Assembly: GCA_963796275.1 (NCBI GenBank)
Contig: CAWCKY010000006.1
Coordinates: forward strand, 864,001-928,000
DNA from: an uncultured Acidobacteriota bacterium
GTDB taxonomy: Bacteria; Acidobacteriota; Blastocatellia; RBC074
Length of the DNA: 64,000 nucleotides
Direction of reading: 5' to 3'
This document shows, piece by piece, positions 19,530-29,523 of the stretch (positions are counted from its first letter, which is position 1; each line of letters opens with the position of its first letter). The notes under the pieces were generated by a model, which was not told where the DNA came from, made no database searches, and was given only the letters and a program-made list of their open reading frames with translations. Made by a program: the position numbers and the translations under genes.

Positions 19530-19553
19530 CCTCTCTACTCATGGTTAGAGAGG
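19530..19553 (-). terminator. Hairpin just after the response regulator stop
   Basis: CCTCTCTA-N8-TAGAGAGG; no clear U tract. Confidence 0.4.
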
Positions 19554-19557
19554 GACT

Positions 19558-20181
19558 TCACAAATGCACGAGGCCGCGTTTGATAGCGATAATCACTGCC
19601 TGAGTACGATCGGCCACCTGCAGCTTGCCCAACACACGATTGACATGTGTTTTAACGGTTCCATGAGCAATGTTCAGAGCAAACGCGATCTCTTCATTTG
19701 TCTTGCCCTTGGCCATCTCGCGTAATACCTCCAACTCGCGCCGGGTCAACTCAGTCCGGTAGACTCGATCCGCCAGCTTGGCCGCGATCTCCGGCGAGAG
19801 CCTGCGACCGCCATAATAAACCGCGCGGATAACCTCAACCAGATTTTCGATCGTTGTGCCTTTGAGGACATAAGATCTGGCGCCAGCGCGCAGCCCGCGG
19901 TGGATATATTCATCACCATCATAACAAGTCAATAAAACAATGCGCGCCTCCGGCACTTCCACCATAAGTTCCTCGGTTGCAGAGATACCGTCCATAACCG
20001 GCATGCGCAGATCCATCAAGGTTACATCAGGACGGTGCAGACGAAATAGCCGTAGCGCCTCCGCGCCATCAGCAGCGAGTGCTACTATTGTCAATCCTCC
20101 GACCCTCTCAAGGAGATCCGCTAACCCGACGCGCACCAAAGGATGATCATCTACAATCATTACTCGTATTGTGCTACTCAT
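19558..20181 (-). CDS. NarL/LuxR family response regulator (no adjacent kinase)
   Basis: 'IRVMIVDDHP', phospho-Asp in 'LMDLRMP', 'LTRRELEVL...GKTNEEIA...TVKTHV'; start taken at MSSTIRV. Confidence 0.93.
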   Translation of the reverse strand: MSSTIRVMIVDDHPLVRVGLADLLERVGGLTIVALAADGAEALRLFRLHRPDVTLMDLRMPVMDGISATEELMVEVPEARIVLLTCYDGDEYIHRGLRAGARSYVLKGTTIENLVEVIRAVYYGGRRLSPEIAAKLADRVYRTELTRRELEVLREMAKGKTNEEIAFALNIAHGTVKTHVNRVLGKLQVADRTQAVIIAIKRGLVHL

Positions 20182-20316
20182 ATTGATACCAGCTGGGCAA
20201 ACATCGCCATCCAGAGATAGCCCCACAATAGCTGCAGGAGAAGCATCGGCCTGTTTAATTGGTATCATGCTGGTGTGATGTTTAAGATTTCGGCTAAATG
20301 GCCGCTGGATACATAT

Positions 20317-20332
20317 ATCAATAATCGTGCCG
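20317..20332 (-). promoter_or_regulatory. Putative sigma54 -24/-12 promoter
   Basis: Minus strand CGGCACGATTATTGAT versus consensus TGGCACG-N4-TTGC; correct spacing, with C to A at -12. Confidence 0.45.
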
Positions 20333-20504
20333 GGAGCTAAAACATTGATTCTATTATCTAGTGGTATAGTCGAGTAGGTCTTTAACACTACAGTAGTCCC
20401 CCCCTTCGGCTTAAAGCGTGTGCTATCAATAATAATAAATGTGGATCCTATGCCTCACCTATTTCCTGATTCCTCGATATCTCATCTGGTTAACCACATT
20501 TACC

Positions 20505-20524
20505 TGTAGGGTATTTTCCCCACA
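20505..20524. promoter_or_regulatory. Putative activator binding site (dyad)
   Basis: TGTAGGGTATTTTCCCCACA; core GGGGAA-N4-CCCTAC recurs inverted at 21645-21660. Confidence 0.55.
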
Positions 20525-20571
20525 TTCCTCTGATTCACGTCTTTGTGAGCTATTAGCTCTTCTTTCATCAC

Positions 20572-21618
20572 CTACTTGGAATGAAAAGTTCGAGGTTTGA
20601 TCCGATACTTTCTGAGAAGCCTGTATAAATCACCCCGATCTTTATCAGCTATCCGTGCCGCTTGAATGACATTACCACTGGTTTTACGCATCAGCTTGAT
20701 CAGGTAATCACGCTCAAACGCTTCGATGGCTTCTTTCTTCTGGATTCGCAGGGACCGCAGCCGCAGTTCCTCCTGGTTCGGATAAATCGGCACCCCCAAG
20801 TGTTCAGTATTAATAACCTCACCTCTGCACAAATAAATCGCACGGATAATCGCATTTTCCAGTTCTCTGACATTGCCCGGCCAATGATAATTAGACAATG
20901 CCGTATAGCCTTCCGGCGACAGCAGTAATTCCCGCTGATCAGGTGGTCGGTGTTTTTTCAGGAAGTGGGAGATTAGAATCGGCAAGTCTTCCAAGCGCTC
21001 GCGGAGCGGCGGCAAGTGGATGGAAAAGACGCTGAGCCTGAAGTAGAGGTCAGAACGAAATTTCCCTTCTCTCACCAAATTCGGGAGATCGGCATTCGTA
21101 GCTGCCATAATTCGAACGTTAGCCTCCTTCTCAATCGTACCCCCGATTAAGTGGTACTTCCTGTCCTGCAGGATACGGAGCAAAGCAACTTGTCCATTTA
21201 GCGGAAGGAAATCGATCTCATCGAGGAGGAGCGTGCCATTTTCTGCCAGGGCGAAGAATCCTGGCCGGTGCGTATAAGCATTCGTGAATGCGCCACGCTC
21301 GTGTCCGAAAAGCACGTCCTCCAACAGCGAGTTCTGCAGTAATCCGCAGTTGACTGCGATGAAAGGCTTGCCCGCCCGCGCACTAAAAGAGTGAATAGCC
21401 TGCGCCACCAGCTCCTTGCCCGTCCCGGTCTCCCCGCTGATCAATACAGGTGACTCAGATTTAGCAATGTCTGAAAGATGCTCGATGGCTCTGGTAAAAG
21501 ATGAAGCCCTGCCAACCAGGCTTGCGAAGCCATGTGAATGGGGCGAACCGCCCCCAAGTCTTTCCATTAGTATTTCTCCAAATGGGGAAAGGCTAATTTC
21601 TAAACTTGCTTTTGCCAT
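20572..21618 (-). CDS. Sigma54-dependent activator (AAA+ plus Fis-type HTH) without an N-terminal sensor domain
   Basis: Walker A 'GETGTGKE', 'GAFTNA', Walker B 'LLLDEI', 'FRSDLYFRL', 'WPGNVREL', C-terminal HTH; start uncertain (21618 or 21567). Confidence 0.92.
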   Translation of the reverse strand: MAKASLEISLSPFGEILMERLGGGSPHSHGFASLVGRASSFTRAIEHLSDIAKSESPVLISGETGTGKELVAQAIHSFSARAGKPFIAVNCGLLQNSLLEDVLFGHERGAFTNAYTHRPGFFALAENGTLLLDEIDFLPLNGQVALLRILQDRKYHLIGGTIEKEANVRIMAATNADLPNLVREGKFRSDLYFRLSVFSIHLPPLRERLEDLPILISHFLKKHRPPDQRELLLSPEGYTALSNYHWPGNVRELENAIIRAIYLCRGEVINTEHLGVPIYPNQEELRLRSLRIQKKEAIEAFERDYLIKLMRKTSGNVIQAARIADKDRGDLYRLLRKYRIKPRTFHSK

Positions 21619-21875
21619 CAATAACTGAGGATGACCGAAGCATCGGGGAATTTTCCCTACCCTATAAGGACGCAATTCAGCAGTATTTTTGCCTAGTAGT
21701 AAAAAAAATAATTATTTTGTTGGCAAATACTTAAACGCTTCTGTAGGTGTGCCCAGATGACCGGATTCCGGCTAAACTGTAGATGCTGAGGATGTTAGTC
21801 GCCGGCGAGAGCCTATTACCACTCTCAGTGCTTGCTGAGCAGCAAGCATAAGCATTATGACCGAACAAATTATAC

Positions 21876-22709
21876 TTATGGGTGTTTCTCCTTTTCGAAC
21901 ATCCCACTGATTTCGGCATAGCTCACAGCATCGTCAGCAAATGCGAATGTCCCGCGTTCCCGCATCTCTCGGGCAGCGCGAAGAAACGCGCCAAGCGCGG
22001 CTCGCGAGAGGGCGCTGCCGACGCTGACCCGCTTCACCCCGATCTTTGACAACTCGGCGAGGCTTAATTGAACGCCCTTCAATCCCATCACGACATTGAC
22101 CGGACGATCGACGGATTTGACCACTGCCGCAATGTTATCCTCGCTCCCGAGGCCCGGAGCATAGAGCACATCGGCTCCGGCTTCCTGAAAAGCCTGAAGC
22201 CGTTTGATCGTATCTCGGAGATCGGGCCGTCCCCAGAGAAAGTTCTCCGCCCTTGCCGTCAGCGTAAAAGGAGAGGGAAGAGCGCGGGCCGCCGCTGCCG
22301 CAGCTCGGATTCGCTCGACCGCTATTTCGAACTGGTAAATCGGATCTTCAGGACGTCCGGTGGAATCTTCTATTGACCCGCCGGCAAGCCCCGCCGCGGC
22401 GGCGAGCCGGATAGTCTCCGTGACCGTCTCGGGAGCGTCTCCGAATCCATTCTCAAGATCGGCGCTTACGGGAAGGTCGGTCGCCGAGACGATGCTGGCC
22501 GCGTGTGCGAGCGTTTGGTCGCGGCCCAGCTGATAGTCTCTCTGACCGAGAGAGAACGCATACCCGGCGCTCGTGGTCGCCAGCGCCTCGAATCCAAGGT
22601 GCTCGAGCAGCCTTGCGGTGCCAATGTCCCATGGATTTGGGATAATGAACGCGTACTCCCGCTCATGGAGTGCGCGAAACGCGCTTGCCTTTTCTGTTTG
22701 TGTTCGCAT
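21876..22709 (-). CDS. Isocitrate lyase / PEP mutase family protein
   Basis: 'PNPWD', 'ATTSAG', '[10 protein letters not shown]', 'SIED', '[10 protein letters not shown]'. Confidence 0.92.
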   Translation of the reverse strand: MRTQTEKASAFRALHEREYAFIIPNPWDIGTARLLEHLGFEALATTSAGYAFSLGQRDYQLGRDQTLAHAASIVSATDLPVSADLENGFGDAPETVTETIRLAAAAGLAGGSIEDSTGRPEDPIYQFEIAVERIRAAAAAARALPSPFTLTARAENFLWGRPDLRDTIKRLQAFQEAGADVLYAPGLGSEDNIAAVVKSVDRPVNVVMGLKGVQLSLAELSKIGVKRVSVGSALSRAALGAFLRAAREMRERGTFAFADDAVSYAEISGMFEKEKHP

Positions 22710-23079
22710 CAACGCTTCCTTCTTTCTCCTCAAACGTCCTGAGAATTTGGGCGGTCGCGATCAAGCGCCATGCCTGGTGCAGTTGAGAGGTGAGTTCCGC
22801 ATCTCGAACGCAATCGAGGTGAATGCCTATCCAGCCTCGTACGCCGACATAAGGCGGTTTAAAGAATTTCTCCGGCTCGGCCTCTATTAGCATGGCTTGA
22901 ATGCCGACGGGTGCAGGACACCAGACGGCGATGCGCCCATCGTTATGGTGATTATTGGCGAACATCGCGAACACTTTTTTGCCGACGAAGAAGGTCGGCT
23001 CGCCGTGCGATAATTTTTCCCAAGTTTCGGGCATTGCGAGACAGATGCGCCGAACTCGCAGGAGATGATCTACATTCAT
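22663..23079 (-). CDS. MmcQ/YjbR family protein
   Basis: '[15 protein letters not shown]...[17 protein letters not shown]...AWRLIA'. Confidence 0.85.
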   Translation of the reverse strand: MNVDHLLRVRRICLAMPETWEKLSHGEPTFFVGKKVFAMFANNHHNDGRIAVWCPAPVGIQAMLIEAEPEKFFKPPYVGVRGWIGIHLDCVRDAELTSQLHQAWRLIATAQILRTFEEKEGSVDANTNRKGKRVSRTP

Positions 23080-23149
23080 AATTTTTGCCAGCTAACAGTG
23101 TCGTTCAATCGCAGGACTATGTTAAAGTCCGTTCGATACAACCTTCATT

Positions 23150-24184
23150 ATGCAACGACGAACATTCATCTCAAATACCAGCCTTGGTCTGGCGGGAATT
23201 GCCTTTTCCGGGCCGCCGATCCGCTACGCGAACGAGGCAGCGCAGCGATCACAGGTGATGACCGTGACCGGGCCGATCGACGCGCAGCGACTCGGCTTGA
23301 CGTTGATGCACGAACACGTGATGGTCGATTTCATCAGCGCAAGCAAGGTCAACCGAGATCGTTACAACAGCGATGAAGTGTTTAGAATCGCATTACCACA
23401 CCTAAAACGAATACGAGAGCTCGGCTGCCGGACGTTTGTCGATTGCACTCCGAACTGGCTGGGCCGGGATGCTGCCTTGCTACAACGTCTGAGCAAGGCG
23501 TCGGGATTGCAGATCGTAACCAATACCGGATATTACGGCGCGCGCAACCATCAATTCCTGCCCGCTCACGTCGAGCGAGAGACGCCCGAGCAGATCGCAG
23601 GGCGTTGGATTGCTGAATTCACACAGGGCATCGACGGCACAACGATCAAACCGGGATTCATCAAGATCGGGGTGGATGCCGGCCCGCTTTCCCAATTGAA
23701 CGCGAAGATCGTCAGCGCGGCAGCCATCACCCATCTGCAAACCGGATTGACCATAGGCGCGCACACGGGCGACGGAGCCGCTGCGATGCAGGAACTCGAC
23801 CTTATCGAAAAGCAAGGAGTCAGCCCGGGAGCGTTCATCTGGATTCATGCGCAGAGCGAAAAGAATTCGCAGATTTGCGTCGCAGCTGCGCGGCGCGGCT
23901 GCTGGGTTGAGTTCGACGGCGTCAACTCCGGCAGCATCGAGCGACACGTGACGTTGGTGAAAGCGATGCGTGAAGCCGGAAAGCTCGATCGCGTGTTGAT
24001 CTCACAGGATTCCGGATGGTACCACGTCGGTGAGGCCGGGGGAGGGAACTACCGCGGGTATGACGTGTTATTCACAGGGTTCGTGCCTGCCTTGCGGTCG
24101 GCAGGATTCAGTGCGATGCAGATCGATCAATTGCTCGTCAGCAATCCGCAGCAGGCTTTGGCGGTACGAGTGAGAAAAAGATGA
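23150..24184 (+). CDS. Phosphotriesterase/lactonase family amidohydrolase with Tat signal
   Basis: 'MQRRTFI'; 'LMHEH', 'GFIK', 'AHTG', 'IHA', 'SQD' metal ligands. Confidence 0.9.
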   Translation: MQRRTFISNTSLGLAGIAFSGPPIRYANEAAQRSQVMTVTGPIDAQRLGLTLMHEHVMVDFISASKVNRDRYNSDEVFRIALPHLKRIRELGCRTFVDCTPNWLGRDAALLQRLSKASGLQIVTNTGYYGARNHQFLPAHVERETPEQIAGRWIAEFTQGIDGTTIKPGFIKIGVDAGPLSQLNAKIVSAAAITHLQTGLTIGAHTGDGAAAMQELDLIEKQGVSPGAFIWIHAQSEKNSQICVAAARRGCWVEFDGVNSGSIERHVTLVKAMREAGKLDRVLISQDSGWYHVGEAGGGNYRGYDVLFTGFVPALRSAGFSAMQIDQLLVSNPQQALAVRVRKR

Positions 24185-24238
24185 AGCGCTGGGAGTAACA
24201 GTTACTTGAGACGTGTGCATAATTCAGAGCTGGGAATT

Positions 24239-24343
24239 CACCACAACAATCACAAAAGGACAGAGAAAAACACAAATAGATGTAAGGCGGGGAGGCAGGT
24301 GATGTCGCTTTCCGCCTACTTTCATTTGGTGATTTTTGCGGTG
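24239..24343. repeat. CACCAC...GCGGTG-bounded imperfect hairpin element
   Basis: CACCACAACAATCACAAAAGG ... TTTGGTGATTTTTGCGGTG with an inner AGGCGG/CCGCCT stem. Confidence 0.5.
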
Positions 24344-24394
24344 GATCTCCCTCAGAAGAAATGTGATCTGCCCATTCCGTAGTGGAGGTGAGTT

Positions 24395-27300
24395 ATGAAA
24401 ACCCCTGTTCAGCTTCAGTATCGAACGCGCATCCCCGCCCTGATGTTTCTCAGCATTCTTTTGATAACAACCACATGGGCGCAAGTCCAAACCGGGCGCA
24501 TCGTCGGCACCGTCACGGACTCGCAGAAGGCCGTCTTGCCGAATGCCAGTGTCACCGTCACCGATTCGGCGACCAATCAATCGATCACGGTTAACACCAA
24601 TGACCGGGGCGATTATGTTGTTACTCCGCTCAATCCGGGATTCTATCGAGTCACTATTTCAAGCCCGGGATTTCAGCGGACGTCGATCAATTCCGTCGAA
24701 GTTCAAGTCGGGCAATCGGCGCGCGTTGACGTAGAATTGAAGGTGGGCGAGGTGGGGTCGATAGTCGAAGTGACCTCTACCGCGCCGCTGCTCGACACCG
24801 AATCCGGCACGCTCGGACACGTGGTAACCAATAGGCAGATCGTCAATCTGCCGCTCAATGGCCGCAGCTTTTATGAGCTGGCGCGGCTGACACCGGGCGC
24901 GGTGGCGCTGCCGGGCGGCGGCAATCTGCTGCGCATTCGCGCCAACTATATCTCCGGCACGGCTATCAGCGGCGTGCGCGGGCGGCAGACCACTTTCCTC
25001 ATGGATGGGGTTGATGTCACCGATCATCATCAGGGCGGATCGCTGATTCAAACCTCGATCGACGCGCTGCAGGAATTCAAGGTGCAGCAGAGCGCCTACT
25101 CGGCTGAATTCAGCCACGCCGGCGGCCTATTGAATGCGACGACGAAGTCCGGCGCCAATCGATTTCACGGCGGGCTCTTCGAATTTCTGCGCAACGACAA
25201 ATTGGATGCGCGTAACTTCTTCGCTCTCGAACGTGAAGTCCTCAAACGCAATCAGTTCGGCGGCACAATCGGCGGCCCTGTTACGATCCCGAAGCTCTAC
25301 AGCGGCCGCAACAGGACTTTCTTCTTCGGCAGTTACGAGGGGATGCGCGAACGGCAGGGGATGGTCTTTAATAGTATTGTTCCGACCGCGGCGATGAAGC
25401 GCGGCGACTTCGGGGCGCTGCTTCCGACGAGAAGTATCTATGATCCGGACACAGGCGCCGCATACACCGACAACATCATTCCGATGGGTCAGCTTTCGCA
25501 ACAGGCATTATACTACGCCCAATTCATCCCCGATCCGAACACGGCCTCGGGGACGTTCACGCATTCGCCGTCGCGCCAGTTGGATACGGATCAATTCACA
25601 GTTCGCCTCGACCAGAGTTTTACGGAAAAGCACCGCATCTTTATGCGCTACAGTTTTCACGACAATCGCCTCAATGATCCGAATCCATTCCCCGGGCTCG
25701 GATACGCGCCGCTCAGAACACGAGGGCATAACCTGGTGGCGAGCATGTCCAACATCATTAACCCGAACTTCATGCACGAGTTTCGCTTCAGCTATCTGCC
25801 GACGATCATCAATCTTGAGGCATTTGGGCAGGGAAGAGACTACAACAAAGAAGCAGGCGTTCTGGGGTTTGAAGAGACGGGGCGACCCGGCGTCACCGGA
25901 TCGTTTCCGGATTTCAATTGGAGCGGTTATACCGCAATGAACGGCTCGGCCTTTGACCAGCGGCCCAAGACGCAGGATTTTAAAGTCTATGAGTGGACGG
26001 ATAACCTGACCTGGATCAAAGGGCGGAACATATACAAGTTTGGAACGAAGATTCGCCGCTGGGTGCCTCTTTTCACCGACAGCAAGCAGTATCAGGGACA
26101 GTGGCTATTTAACGGTTCAATCACCGGTGGGCCAGTTACGGACCCGCTCTCCGGCCATCCATTCGCGGATTTTATGCTCGGGCATCCGTTCCAGGTCACG
26201 CGGGCCTTCCCGGCCGACACGTTCGGCGGGCAAGGCAGCTACTACCATCTCTATTTCCAGGATGACATCAAGGTGAATAGCCGACTCACGCTCAATCTGG
26301 GAATACGATATGAATACTCGCCGTGGCTCAAGGGCTATCGCAACCAGCTCGGCGCCTTCGATCCCACGGCGGCCAAACCGGTCATCATTGCGGGCGATGA
26401 CGATCAGATCGATCTGGACGCGCAGTTCGCCGGGTCGTCTGCTTATGCGCTGTTCCGGGATTTAATTCAAACCAGCAGCCAGGCAGAGCTGCCGTTGTCT
26501 ATCACCAGGCCCGATAAGAACCAGTGGGCGCCGCGCGTCGGCTTCGCCTGGCGTCCGGTTGGCGAGAAGACCGTTCTGCGCGGGGGCTATGGCATCTTTT
26601 ACGAAACGGAGAACACCGACGGGCGAGTCAATAACAACATGATTCCATTCAAGCTGGACGAGACGGGGTTCAACGACCGGACGCTTAAACGCTCGATGGC
26701 CGATTTCTTTGACGGAAATGCGTTGACCGCGTCGGCCGCGCCCAGCCTCGGGCCCACCTATACAAAGCTGCGCATGGGATATGACCAGCATTGGAATTTC
26801 GGCGTGCAGCACGAGCTTCACTCGAACATCGTGGCGGAGATCGATTACGTGGGGAACAAGGGATCGTTTCTGAATGGAACGAATGCGGCCAACAACCCTC
26901 CGGCAGGACCGGGGGCGATTCAAGCCCGCCGCCCTTACCCGCGTTTCGGTTCTATCAACTACTTCTCCCAGGATGTTTCTTCCAGCTATCACGCGCTGCA
27001 GGCGAAGCTTGAGAAACGCGTCTCCGCAGGGCTGTGGTATCTGGCATCGTATTCTTTCTCGAAGAGCATGATTCACCAGAACGCGCCGGCCAAGGGCGGC
27101 AATACGGCCTGGGAGAGATCGCTCGCTGAATTCGATGTGCCGCACAATCTGGCCTTCAGCTTGGGATACGAATTGCCGGTCGGGCGCGGCAAGCGCTGGC
27201 TGGCCGGCGCCAGGGGAGTGGCAGATGCGCTTCTGGGCGGGTGGCAGATGCAGGGCATTCTAGGTATTCGCAGCGGACGCCCGTTCACGCCGACGATCTC

Positions 27301-27673
27301 CGCCGACCGCGCCAATATCGGAATCGGCAACCAGCGCCCGAATCGTCTGGCTTCCGGCGAGCTCGATAACCCGACGGTGGAGCAATGGTTCGATGCCTCG
27401 GCATTCGTGACGCCGGCGCAATTCACCTACGGCAATTCGGGCGCGAACATTTTGCGCGAGGACCGATTCAAGGGCCTGGACTTTTCGGTCTTCAAGCAGT
27501 TTCGCGTAACGGAGGGCAGCCTATTGCAATTCCGCGCCGAGGTATTTAATCTGACCAACACACCAAGTTTTGGACCCCCGATGACAGCGATCGACACGGC
27601 TCAAGCGGGGCGCGTCACCAGCACGCTGAGCCAGCCGCGCCAGATTCAGTTTGCCTTGAAGTACAACTTTTAA
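24395..27673 (+). CDS. TonB-dependent receptor, Oar-like
   Basis: Signal peptide, carboxypeptidase-regulatory domain, 'LPLNGR', 'FLRNDKLDARNFF', 'RNQFGGTIGGP', C-terminal 'QIQFALKYNF'. Confidence 0.93.
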   Translation: MKTPVQLQYRTRIPALMFLSILLITTTWAQVQTGRIVGTVTDSQKAVLPNASVTVTDSATNQSITVNTNDRGDYVVTPLNPGFYRVTISSPGFQRTSINSVEVQVGQSARVDVELKVGEVGSIVEVTSTAPLLDTESGTLGHVVTNRQIVNLPLNGRSFYELARLTPGAVALPGGGNLLRIRANYISGTAISGVRGRQTTFLMDGVDVTDHHQGGSLIQTSIDALQEFKVQQSAYSAEFSHAGGLLNATTKSGANRFHGGLFEFLRNDKLDARNFFALEREVLKRNQFGGTIGGPVTIPKLYSGRNRTFFFGSYEGMRERQGMVFNSIVPTAAMKRGDFGALLPTRSIYDPDTGAAYTDNIIPMGQLSQQALYYAQFIPDPNTASGTFTHSPSRQLDTDQFTVRLDQSFTEKHRIFMRYSFHDNRLNDPNPFPGLGYAPLRTRGHNLVASMSNIINPNFMHEFRFSYLPTIINLEAFGQGRDYNKEAGVLGFEETGRPGVTGSFPDFNWSGYTAMNGSAFDQRPKTQDFKVYEWTDNLTWIKGRNIYKFGTKIRRWVPLFTDSKQYQGQWLFNGSITGGPVTDPLSGHPFADFMLGHPFQVTRAFPADTFGGQGSYYHLYFQDDIKVNSRLTLNLGIRYEYSPWLKGYRNQLGAFDPTAAKPVIIAGDDDQIDLDAQFAGSSAYALFRDLIQTSSQAELPLSITRPDKNQWAPRVGFAWRPVGEKTVLRGGYGIFYETENTDGRVNNNMIPFKLDETGFNDRTLKRSMADFFDGNALTASAAPSLGPTYTKLRMGYDQHWNFGVQHELHSNIVAEIDYVGNKGSFLNGTNAANNPPAGPGAIQARRPYPRFGSINYFSQDVSSSYHALQAKLEKRVSAGLWYLASYSFSKSMIHQNAPAKGGNTAWERSLAEFDVPHNLAFSLGYELPVGRGKRWLAGARGVADALLGGWQMQGILGIRSGRPFTPTISADRANIGIGNQRPNRLASGELDNPTVEQWFDASAFVTPAQFTYGNSGANILREDRFKGLDFSVFKQFRVTEGSLLQFRAEVFNLTNTPSFGPPMTAIDTAQAGRVTSTLSQPRQIQFALKYNF

Positions 27674-27681
27674 GGGGAGAG

Positions 27682-29409
27682 ATGATGAGACCCATACCAT
27701 TCTGTCTGCTTCTGCTATTGATTCTTGCCCCGTTTGCTAGGGTTGCCCCGGTCGCCTCGGTTGCCCCGGCTGCCCCGTTGAATGCGCAGGAGGCTGTCAT
27801 TATCCGCGTGGATGGCAACGCGAAGATCGGGCCGTACAAGCCGATCTATGCCTACTTCGGCTACGACGAGCCGAATTACACCTACATGAAACATGGCCGG
27901 AAGCTGGTCGGCGAACTCGCGCAGTTGAGCGCGGTTCCGACCTACATCCGCGCGCATAGCCTGCTGGTGACGGGAGACGGAAAGCCGGCGCTCAAGTGGG
28001 GCTCGACCAACGCCTACACGATAGATGAGTCGGGCAAGCCGATTTATGACTGGAAGATCGTGGATCAAATATTCGACACGTACGTCAAAGCCGGCGCCAA
28101 GCCGTTCGTCGAGATCGGCTTTATGCCGGAGGCGCTCTCGTCGAAGCCGCAGCCATACAAGCATAACTGGAAACCCGGCGATCAATACGGCGACATCTAT
28201 CTCGGCTGGACGTATCCGCCCAAAGAATACGACAAGTGGGCGGAGCTGGTGCGGCAATGGGTGCTCCATTCGGTCGAACGCTATGGCAAGGAAGAAGTTT
28301 TGACGTGGTACTGGGAGCTGTGGAACGAGCCGGACATTCCGTACTGGCGCGGCACACCCGAGGAATTCAACAAGCTCTACGATTACACCGCGGATGCGGT
28401 GAAGCGGGCGCTGCCCGGCGCGAAGGTCGGAGGCCCGGCAACGACCGGACCGGGGAGCGAGAAGGCGGCGGCTTACCTGAAACAGTTTCTGGAGCATTGC
28501 GCGCGCGGGCAGAATGCCGTGACGGGCAAGACCGGTGCTCCGCTCGATTTCATCACCTATCATGCCAAAGGCCGGCCGACCGTCGTGGACGGCCACGTCA
28601 AGATGGGCATTGCGAAGAATCTGACTGACGTATCGCGGGGAATGGAGATCATCGCGTCGTTCCCGCAGTTCAAAAAGCTGCCGATCATCTTGAGCGAGTC
28701 CGATCCGGAGGGCTGCGCAGCCTGTTCGGCGCGCGTCTATCCGCAGAACACTTATCGCAACGGCACGCTCTATCCGACATACACGGCGGCCGCTCTCAGC
28801 AACATCTTCAAGCTGGCCGATAAGCATGGTGCCAATATCGAAGGCATGCTGACCTGGGCCTTCGAGTTTGAAGATCAGCCATGGTTCGACGGCTTCCGTT
28901 CATTGGCGACAAATGGCGTCGACAAGCCGGTTCTCAACATCTTCCGGATGGCGGGTCTCATGCGTGGCGACAGGTTGAAAGTCGAGAGCAACAGCGCAGT
29001 CGGTTTGGATACGATCCTGAAAGAAGGAGTGAAGACCAGGCCGGATGTCAACGCCCTGGCGACGAGGGCCGAGCGTGAGATGGCGATGATGATCTGGAAT
29101 TACCACGATGATGATCTGCCAGCGCCCGATTCTCCGGTGCGTCTGGCGGTGAGCGGCATCCCTTCAAATCTCAAGCGAGTGCTGGTACGCCACTATCGAA
29201 TCGATCAGGAGCACAGCAACGCCTACACTCTCTGGAAGAGGATGGGGTCGCCCCAGAATCCGACGCCTGAGCAGTATGCGCAGCTTGAAGCCGGAGGGCA
29301 GCTGTCGCTGCTCACTTCTCCCGAATGGGCGAACGTCACGGGCGGCCAGATCGAAATGAGCTTTTCGCTGCCGCGCCATGCCGTTTCTTTGATCCATGTG
29401 AGTTGGTGA
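27682..29409 (+). CDS. GH39 beta-xylosidase-like glycoside hydrolase, secreted
   Basis: 'GAKPFVEIGFMP', acid/base 'WNEPD', 'VGGPA', nucleophile region 'LSESDPEG', 'YRIDQEHSNAY..W..MGSP'. Confidence 0.88.
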   Translation: MMRPIPFCLLLLLILAPFARVAPVASVAPAAPLNAQEAVIIRVDGNAKIGPYKPIYAYFGYDEPNYTYMKHGRKLVGELAQLSAVPTYIRAHSLLVTGDGKPALKWGSTNAYTIDESGKPIYDWKIVDQIFDTYVKAGAKPFVEIGFMPEALSSKPQPYKHNWKPGDQYGDIYLGWTYPPKEYDKWAELVRQWVLHSVERYGKEEVLTWYWELWNEPDIPYWRGTPEEFNKLYDYTADAVKRALPGAKVGGPATTGPGSEKAAAYLKQFLEHCARGQNAVTGKTGAPLDFITYHAKGRPTVVDGHVKMGIAKNLTDVSRGMEIIASFPQFKKLPIILSESDPEGCAACSARVYPQNTYRNGTLYPTYTAAALSNIFKLADKHGANIEGMLTWAFEFEDQPWFDGFRSLATNGVDKPVLNIFRMAGLMRGDRLKVESNSAVGLDTILKEGVKTRPDVNALATRAEREMAMMIWNYHDDDLPAPDSPVRLAVSGIPSNLKRVLVRHYRIDQEHSNAYTLWKRMGSPQNPTPEQYAQLEAGGQLSLLTSPEWANVTGGQIEMSFSLPRHAVSLIHVSW

Positions 29410-29523
29410 GTGATTTAAGTATCTTATATTTCGGTTGCGTTAGCACCGGAGCATTGCGTCTGTGCTCTGGTAAGTTAACGCGGCTGAATCCGACATCGGC
29501 AAGCCAGAGGGGAGGAAAAGTTA

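Noticed and set aside
20182-20388. N-terminal extension of the response regulator given in the ORF track
   Set aside because: Receiver domain starts at MSSTIRV; the extension overlaps the putative promoter
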